Shown one piece after another: positions 54,889 to 61,151 of a stretch of DNA of 64,000 nt (position 1 is the first letter of the stretch; the number at the start of each line of letters is the position of its first letter). Where the stretch lies: assembly GCA_900538705.1 (NCBI GenBank), contig UPZG01000003.1, positions 12,516 to 76,515 of the forward strand, read 5' to 3'. The notes beneath the pieces were generated by a model. That model did no database searches and was not told the DNA's origin. It saw only the letters and a list, made by a program, of their open reading frames with translations. The DNA comes from an uncultured Porphyromonadaceae bacterium (lineage in GTDB: Bacteria > Bacteroidota > Bacteroidia > Bacteroidales > Barnesiellaceae_A). The position numbers were made by a program, and so were the translations under genes.

Positions 54889-56178
54889 TTATTCTGCCGG
54901 TTGTTCTGGCTCTTTCTTGGTAACCAATAGTTTGTCTATGCGTGCGCCATCCATGTCTACTACTTCAAGAGTGAACCCGTTCCATTCCACTTGTTCGCCG
55001 GCTACAGGGATATGCTCTAAAAGGTTTAGCACCAGTCCGCCTACCGTGGCATAGTCGCTTGGACGGTACAAATCTTCACGCTCAAAATGAGCGAGGAAAT
55101 CATAGAAGGGGCACATACCATCGACCAACCAGCTTTTATTATCGTGTCGTGGCACAATGTAAGGTTGGTCTTGTGCATCATCGATAGACCCGACAAGACC
55201 TTCTAATATATCGCGTAACGTGATGACCCCTTGTAGGCTGCCAAACTCGTCGCATACAAGAGCCCGGCTCACTTTCTGAGTACGCAACCCCTCAAGAGCC
55301 TTGTAAACGGTCATGTTTTCGGGGAAATATACGGCAGGGCTTACGACCGATGCGAAGTCAAAGTCCTCTTTATTGAGTGTCAGTATAAGGTCTTTTAGTG
55401 TTACAAAGCCACGTACATCGTCCATATTGCCAGCTATGACGGGGTATGCTTCGTGCAGCTCGTCGGTAATGACTTTGCGTATCTCTTCAACTGTCATAGA
55501 TATATCCATGCACACGATGTCCTTGCGGTTGGTCATAATAGACGATACGCGTTGGTCGCCCAAGACAAAGACTCGTTCCATGATGTCTTGTTCTACCTCT
55601 TGTACTTCGCCCGACTCAGTACCTTCCTGTATCATCGATTTTATTTCCTCTTCGGTTACTTTGTTTTCAGCATCTTTGATACCCAGAATACTTACCAATA
55701 GTGCTGTACTTTTAGAAAGTAGCCATACAAAAGGCATGGCTATGACCGAAAGCATCTGCATAGGGCGAGCTACCACACGAGCGGCACCGTCGGCCAGGTT
55801 TAATCCTATGCGCTTGGGTACCAGTTCACCAACCACAATAGATAGGTATGTGACGATAATAACGATAAGGACTTGTGCTATTCCATAGGCATAAGAACCC
55901 GACATACCCCATGTGACGAAAATATCGCCCAAATTCTTTGCAAGAGTATCGCCAGAATATAAACCGGTGAGGATACCAATCAGTGTGATGCCTATTTGTA
56001 TGGTCGACAAGAACCTGTCAGGTTCGTTCGATAGTTTTAGTGCTGCTGCTGCTGTTTTGCTGCCACGTTTTGCTTCAGAAGCAAGTTTACTTTTACGAGC
56101 TGAAATGAGAGCTATTTCCGACATGGAAAATACTCCATTCAGAAGGATGAGCAGAATGATAATGATTATCTCTTTCAT
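54889..56178 (-). CDS. CNNM/hemolysin-family protein (DUF21-CBS-CorC_HlyC), paralog of gldE
   Basis: Same architecture as the 6786 gene. Start at MKEIIIIILLILLNGVFSMSEIA (ATG at 56178). Confidence 0.88.
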   Translation of the reverse strand: MKEIIIIILLILLNGVFSMSEIALISARKSKLASEAKRGSKTAAAALKLSNEPDRFLSTIQIGITLIGILTGLYSGDTLAKNLGDIFVTWGMSGSYAYGIAQVLIVIIVTYLSIVVGELVPKRIGLNLADGAARVVARPMQMLSVIAMPFVWLLSKSTALLVSILGIKDAENKVTEEEIKSMIQEGTESGEVQEVEQDIMERVFVLGDQRVSSIMTNRKDIVCMDISMTVEEIRKVITDELHEAYPVIAGNMDDVRGFVTLKDLILTLNKEDFDFASVVSPAVYFPENMTVYKALEGLRTQKVSRALVCDEFGSLQGVITLRDILEGLVGSIDDAQDQPYIVPRHDNKSWLVDGMCPFYDFLAHFEREDLYRPSDYATVGGLVLNLLEHIPVAGEQVEWNGFTLEVVDMDGARIDKLLVTKKEPEQPAE

Positions 56179-56286
56179 GTAAGTGTATGTCTTGTAGTGC
56201 AAAGGTCTTATATTTTTATTTATTTTGCAACTTTGGGGTCAATATATGCTAAAAATTACGCGTGTTTCGTTGTGAGCAAGCCCTTG

Positions 56287-56294
56287 TATCTTTG
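56287..56294 (+). promoter_or_regulatory. -7 box (TAtcTTTG) upstream of ruvB
   Basis: Exact motif about 109 nt upstream of the preferred ruvB start. Confidence 0.4.
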
Positions 56295-56402
56295 CATTTA
56301 TTTTATTGTAGACTCGGTGAGGTGTGGCAAAAAAAGGTTACATTTGCAATGAAATCGCAAAGAGCTGTTGTCAGTATCTTATGGATGCGATATGAACAGA
56401 AT

Positions 56403-57437
56403 ATGACAGACGACCATTTCGATATACGCGACAGTCGTCCTAACGAGATGGAGCGTGAGTTTGAGAAGGCTTTACGCCCGTTGACTTTCGATGACTTTAG
56501 CGGACAAGAAAAAATTATAGAGAACCTTCGGGTCTTTACGGCTGCTGCGCGTTTGCGTCATGAGCCGCTCGACCATGTGCTGTTGCATGGTCCTCCAGGA
56601 CTTGGTAAAACAACGTTGGCAAATATTATTGCCAACGAGTTGGATGTCGGTTTCAAGGTTACGTCGGGGCCTGTACTTGACAAGCCCGGCGACTTGGCCG
56701 GTATTCTTACATCGCTTGAACCTAATGATGTGCTGTTTATCGATGAAATACACCGTCTCAGTCCTATTGTCGAAGAGTATCTTTATTCGGCAATGGAAGA
56801 CTATCGTATCGACATTATGATAGACAAAGGACCTGGGGCACGTTCGATACAACTTACACTCAATCCTTTTACATTGGTGGGCGCTACTACACGCAGCGGA
56901 TTGTTGACAAGCCCGTTGCGGGCGCGTTTCGGTATAAACTGTCATATGGAGTATTACGACCATACGGTGCTTTGTCGTATTGTAGAGCGGTCGGCGCATT
57001 TGTTGCAGGTACCATGCACACACGAGGCGGCTATAGAGATAGCTTTGCGTAGCCGGGGTACTCCACGTATCTGTAACGCTTTGTTGAGGCGTGTGCGCGA
57101 TTTTGCACAAGTCAAAGGTTCGGGGCAAATCGATATTGAGATAGCGCGCTATGCTCTCGAAGCACTGAACATAGATAAATATGGGTTGGACGAGATAGAC
57201 AACAAGATACTCACTACAATCATAGACAAATTTAAGGGCGGCCCGGTAGGACTTACTACCATCGCTACGGCGTTGGGCGAGGAGGCAGGTACGCTCGAAG
57301 AGGTTTATGAGCCCTTCCTTATCAAAGAGGGTTTTATAAAACGTACTCCGCGAGGACGTGAAGTGACGGACTTGGCATATAAGCACCTTAATCGTACCCG
57401 TGTGGGATGGGGTGGACTTTTTGACGATACGGAATAG
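56403..57437 (+). CDS. ruvB: Holliday junction branch-migration helicase RuvB
   Basis: Motifs [23 protein letters not shown] and [18 protein letters not shown]. Start at [10 protein letters not shown] (ATG 56403), with ATG 56385 as an alternative. Confidence 0.95.
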   Translation: MTDDHFDIRDSRPNEMEREFEKALRPLTFDDFSGQEKIIENLRVFTAAARLRHEPLDHVLLHGPPGLGKTTLANIIANELDVGFKVTSGPVLDKPGDLAGILTSLEPNDVLFIDEIHRLSPIVEEYLYSAMEDYRIDIMIDKGPGARSIQLTLNPFTLVGATTRSGLLTSPLRARFGINCHMEYYDHTVLCRIVERSAHLLQVPCTHEAAIEIALRSRGTPRICNALLRRVRDFAQVKGSGQIDIEIARYALEALNIDKYGLDEIDNKILTTIIDKFKGGPVGLTTIATALGEEAGTLEEVYEPFLIKEGFIKRTPRGREVTDLAYKHLNRTRVGWGGLFDDTE

Positions 57438-57439
57438 AT

Positions 57440-58942
57440 ATGGGTAGCGGTCTGAAAAGTTTGGCAAAGGATACCTTTGTATATGGGTTGAGCAGCATTA
57501 TAGGGCGTTTTCTCAACTGGTTGCTGGTGCCCATGTATGTACGGGTATTGCCTTCGCCGGGCGATTATGGTATTGTGACCAATCTATACGGTTGGACGGC
57601 CTTGTTGCTGGCCTTCCTGACATTTGGTATGGAGACAACGTTTTTCCGCTTTTCTAACCGAAAAGAGGAGCATAATCCTATGCAGGTCTATGCCAATGCT
57701 CTTATATTTGTGGCGCTGTTATCGGCTGCGTTTCTTGTTGTAGGGTTTGTATTTTTGTCACCTATCAGCGACGCATTAGGATATGCTTCTCATCCCGAGT
57801 ATGTAGGGATGCTTATGTTTATTGTTGCACTCGATGCCGTTACAAGCATTTCGTTTGCCCGGTTGCGAAGCGAAGAGAAGGCCTGGAAATTTGCCGGCAT
57901 AAAACTCTTCAACATAGGGCTCAATATTTTGTTGAATCTCTTCTTCTTGCTGTTGTGCCCGGTTATCTATAAACATGCACCGCACTCTATTGAGTGGTTT
58001 TATCGTCCGGACTATGGAGTGGGTTACATTTTGGTATCGAATGTAATCACTTCGTTGGCAAATGTTGCGCTGCTATATCGTGAACTTACGGGTTTTAGGG
58101 TGCATATCGACGGGAAGCGTATGCGTCGCATGTTTCTTTATGCCTTCCCTGTCTTGGCTATGAGTATAGCCGGTATACTCAATCAGTCGGTCGATAAAAT
58201 ACTCTTTCCGTTCCTCTTTGAAGATAAGGTCGAGGCTGCTACGCAGTTGGGTATCTATGGAGCCTGTTTCAAGATAGCGGTAGTCATGGTCATGTTTATT
58301 CAAGCGTATCGCTATGCTGTAGAACCGTTTATCTTCAAAAAGAACCGTGAAAGCGACGACCGTCGGAGCAATGCCGTAACGACGCTTTATTTTACAATAT
58401 TCTCCCTCTTGATATTTCTTGGCGTAACGTTCTATCTCGACGATGTTTTCAAGTATCTGGTATCGCCTCTATATTATGAAGGATTACAGGTGGTGCCTGT
58501 TGTCATGTTAGGTGAGTTTCTCTATGGGCTCTATTTCAATCTGTCGTTTTGGTATAAGCTCAACGACCAGACCTATTGGGGCACATGGTTTACGGTGATA
58601 GGCTGTGTAATAACTATCACTATTATCGTGTGGGGCGTACCGCAATATGGATATATAGCGTGTGCCTGGGCTACTGTTGCTTGTAATGCCGTTATGTTGT
58701 TACTCTCGTATTTCATTGGTCGCAAGCGCTATCCTGTACCCTATCCGTTATTGAAGATAGGAGGCTATGTAGCTTTGGCCGCCGTGCTGTTTGTATTGGG
58801 AGAGTATCTATCTGTAGAGACTCCGTTGTGGCGTGTATTGTGGCGTACATTGCTTCTTGTCATATATATTGTAGTGGCTGTTCGTCGGGACTTTCCCATA
58901 TCGTCGTTGCCTGTCATAGGTAAGTATTTCACTTCTAAATGA
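57440..58942 (+). CDS. Oligosaccharide/polysaccharide flippase (MOP superfamily, Wzx/RfbX-like)
   Basis: About 12-14 predicted TM segments. Only 2 nt separate it from the ruvB stop. Confidence 0.85.
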   Translation: MGSGLKSLAKDTFVYGLSSIIGRFLNWLLVPMYVRVLPSPGDYGIVTNLYGWTALLLAFLTFGMETTFFRFSNRKEEHNPMQVYANALIFVALLSAAFLVVGFVFLSPISDALGYASHPEYVGMLMFIVALDAVTSISFARLRSEEKAWKFAGIKLFNIGLNILLNLFFLLLCPVIYKHAPHSIEWFYRPDYGVGYILVSNVITSLANVALLYRELTGFRVHIDGKRMRRMFLYAFPVLAMSIAGILNQSVDKILFPFLFEDKVEAATQLGIYGACFKIAVVMVMFIQAYRYAVEPFIFKKNRESDDRRSNAVTTLYFTIFSLLIFLGVTFYLDDVFKYLVSPLYYEGLQVVPVVMLGEFLYGLYFNLSFWYKLNDQTYWGTWFTVIGCVITITIIVWGVPQYGYIACAWATVACNAVMLLLSYFIGRKRYPVPYPLLKIGGYVALAAVLFVLGEYLSVETPLWRVLWRTLLLVIYIVVAVRRDFPISSLPVIGKYFTSK

Positions 58943-58967
58943 CAAAATACTTGTTGTGGTATTTTGT
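58942..58967 (+). terminator. Hairpin at the flippase stop codon (weak terminator, no T-tract)
   Basis: 9-bp stem ACAAAATAC / GTATTTTGT. Confidence 0.35.
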
Positions 58968-59001
58968 ATGAGTTAGAGATAAAAAATTATTGAGTTTTGC
59001 T

Positions 59002-59027
59002 GTAACAAAAAAAAGTTTTTCCCGTCT
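59002..59027 (+). promoter_or_regulatory. Candidate ECF-type promoter (GTAAC-N16-CGTCT)
   Basis: tGTAACaaaaaaaagtttttccCGTCTtac, with the -10 element ending 23 nt before the ATG at 59051. Confidence 0.4.
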
Positions 59028-59050
59028 TACATATAAACACATCAAAAGCT

Positions 59051-59512
59051 ATGCGAAAAGTATTACTATGTATAACCGCCATATTGATAGCTGTGAGCAG
59101 TTATGCTGCCGATATAGATACATTCTATAAAGATTTTGCCAATCAACCTGGTGCCGAAGGATATAAGGTGGGTAAGTTTTTACTTGCCATGGCTAAACCT
59201 CTTAATAAGTCTTTGAGAGGACTGGATTTGATAGAAATGGTAGATTTGGGAAACTGTTCGTCTGCGGTGAAACAGCAATTTAAGAAACAGGTTCAGCAAA
59301 TCGATACCACGAAATATACCAAAGCTGTAAGTGAAAGCAGTGATGGAAGCGAAGTCTCTGTATATATGGTGGTAAAGGACGAAACAATACGTGAAATCTT
59401 GGTAGTGACGCAAGGCGAGGAGAGCGGGTTTGTCTACATGAAAGGTAAATTAAAGCCCGAAGACCTTCAAGAGATGCAGAACATGGACAAGATGGATAAA
59501 CAAGCTCAGTAA
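59051..59512 (+). CDS. DUF4252-like secreted protein
   Basis: Signal peptide. Motif FYKDFANQPGAEGYKVGKFLLAMAK plus EILVVTQGEESGFVYMKGKL, typical of the ECF-associated DUF4252 family (assignment from memory). Confidence 0.75.
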   Translation: MRKVLLCITAILIAVSSYAADIDTFYKDFANQPGAEGYKVGKFLLAMAKPLNKSLRGLDLIEMVDLGNCSSAVKQQFKKQVQQIDTTKYTKAVSESSDGSEVSVYMVVKDETIREILVVTQGEESGFVYMKGKLKPEDLQEMQNMDKMDKQAQ

Positions 59513-59520
59513 ATCGAGGC

Positions 59521-60030
59521 ATGGATTCGGCGCGTTTCAAAGAGTTGTTTCTTCCCTATTACCAACGCATATACCAAGTCGCTTTTAAGCTTCTGGGCAA
59601 TAGCGAGGATGCTGAAGATATAGTGCAAGAGACCTATATAAAGTTGTGGGAGCGACGTGATGAGTTGTCGCATGTGCGCAATGCCGAAGCTTTTTGCACG
59701 GTTATAACCCGCAATTTATGTCTCGATAAGATACGGAGTGTAAGGTACGATACGGCCAGCACCGACGATGAACGTATTGCACTGCCTGATGATGAAACAC
59801 CGTCGGACATCGTAGAGCGCAAGGATCACAATCGCTTGCTTTATGGGCTGATAGACCGCTTGCCCGATATGCAGAAGAAGCTGATACTGTTGCACGATGC
59901 CAACGGTTACACATTTGATGAAATAGAAAAAATAACGGGGCTTACCCCCATCAATATACGGGTTACATTGTCGCGCGCACGTAAAAAACTGCGCGAGCAA
60001 TTTATGAAACATACGGCTTATGGAGAATGA
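59521..60030 (+). CDS. ECF-type RNA polymerase sigma-70 family factor
   Basis: Region 2 (DIVQETYIKLWER) and a region 4 HTH (YTFDEIEKITGLTPINIRVTLSRARKKLREQF). Confidence 0.9.
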   Translation: MDSARFKELFLPYYQRIYQVAFKLLGNSEDAEDIVQETYIKLWERRDELSHVRNAEAFCTVITRNLCLDKIRSVRYDTASTDDERIALPDDETPSDIVERKDHNRLLYGLIDRLPDMQKKLILLHDANGYTFDEIEKITGLTPINIRVTLSRARKKLREQFMKHTAYGE

Positions 60031-60559
60031 TGAACTGATACGGCTGTTAGACCGCTACTATCGCGCCGAGACAACGGCCGATGAGGAGCAAAGGTTACTC
60101 GACTATTTCAGGAATACTCCCCAAATTCCTCCTCGCTTCGAGGTAGACAAAGCGTTGCTGCTGGGCATTCATGATATTCCTGATGAGGATATCCCTTTGC
60201 CCGCCGGTTTGGAAGCACGCATAGCGGCGCAGGTCGATAGCTTTGGCGAGGAAACACATCGGGGATGGTTTGCCGTGCGCAAGGCTCGGGTATGGGTGGC
60301 AAGTATAGCTGCAGTATTGCTCGTTGCCGTTACGGTGGGTATAATAGCTTTGCGGCCTGTACCCCGGCAAGATACATTCTCGTCACCTCAAGAAGCTTAT
60401 GCCGAGACAAAACGTGCATTGGCGCTTTTCGCTTCTAAGTTAGATAAAGGAATGCTTGCCATGCAGAAAGTAGAACAAACCCACATTACGATAGAACAAC
60501 AATTAAATAAAATAAACAATGAGACAGACATGTATATTTTTGCTGTTGATAGCATTTAG
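60020..60559 (+). CDS. Putative single-pass membrane anti-sigma factor
   Basis: 11-nt overlap with the sigma gene. N-terminal motif LDRYYRAETTADEEQRLLDYF. TM segment VWVASIAAVLLVAVTVGIIAL. Confidence 0.6.
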   Translation: MENDELIRLLDRYYRAETTADEEQRLLDYFRNTPQIPPRFEVDKALLLGIHDIPDEDIPLPAGLEARIAAQVDSFGEETHRGWFAVRKARVWVASIAAVLLVAVTVGIIALRPVPRQDTFSSPQEAYAETKRALALFASKLDKGMLAMQKVEQTHITIEQQLNKINNETDMYIFAVDSI

Positions 60560-60998
60560 CAGCATTGCTTCGGCTCAGAATCCCATGCTCGATAAGTATG
60601 CCGGTATGGATGGTGTTGAATCGGTGTATATCTCGAAAACGATGTTTGAGTATATGTCGGGCGATGACGACTTGGATATATCGGGCGACCTTGAACTTGG
60701 GAGAATTATTAGCAAGATAGATTGCCTGCAACTCATCTCTACCGAAAATCCACGTTTGATAGAGAAGATTTCTCAAGAACTGGTTTTTGATAGCTCTCGC
60801 GGATATTCAGAACTGATGCGCATCAAAGACGACGACGAAAAGACTTTTGTCTATCAGAAAAAATTGAAAAATGGAGTCAGTGAATATGTGCTCTATGTCA
60901 CCGAGGAGACACGAAAAGGTCGCACTGAAGAACTTACGGTCATAAGTCTCACAGGACGGCTCACTCCTCGTGATATACGGAGAGCCATAGACGACTGA
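60519..60998 (+). CDS. DUF4252-like secreted protein (second copy)
   Basis: Signal peptide MRQTCIFLLLIAFSSIASAQ. Motif LDKYAGMDGVESVYISKTMFEYM. 41-nt overlap with the upstream ORF. Confidence 0.75.
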   Translation: MRQTCIFLLLIAFSSIASAQNPMLDKYAGMDGVESVYISKTMFEYMSGDDDLDISGDLELGRIISKIDCLQLISTENPRLIEKISQELVFDSSRGYSELMRIKDDDEKTFVYQKKLKNGVSEYVLYVTEETRKGRTEELTVISLTGRLTPRDIRRAIDD

Positions 60999-61050
60999 AT
61001 CCGAAAGGGAGATGTAACGAGAGTGGTTTGTAGATAAAAACACGATACTG

Positions 61051-61097
61051 GGCAATACAAAATTGTGTGAGCATATTTTGTATTGCCTTTGACTTTT
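61051..61097 (+). terminator. Strong rho-independent terminator of the ECF/DUF4252 operon
   Basis: Perfect 13-bp stem GGCAATACAAAAT / ATTTTGTATTGCC (61051-61063 / 61075-61087) followed by TTTGACTTTT. Confidence 0.8.
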
Positions 61098-61100
61098 GCT

Positions 61101-61108
61101 TATCTTTG
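61101..61108 (+). promoter_or_regulatory. -7 box (TAtcTTTG), with TTTG 20 bp upstream, for the AAA+ gene
   Basis: Exact motif 44 nt upstream of the ATG at 61152. A -33-like TTTG lies at 61077-61080. Confidence 0.5.
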
Positions 61109-61151
61109 TAGTCTCACCATATATCAGTGGTACTCAAAAATCTATCGTAAA

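Noticed and set aside
56472-57467. 331-aa minus-strand ORF.
   Set aside because: It is antisense to ruvB and has no recognisable domain.
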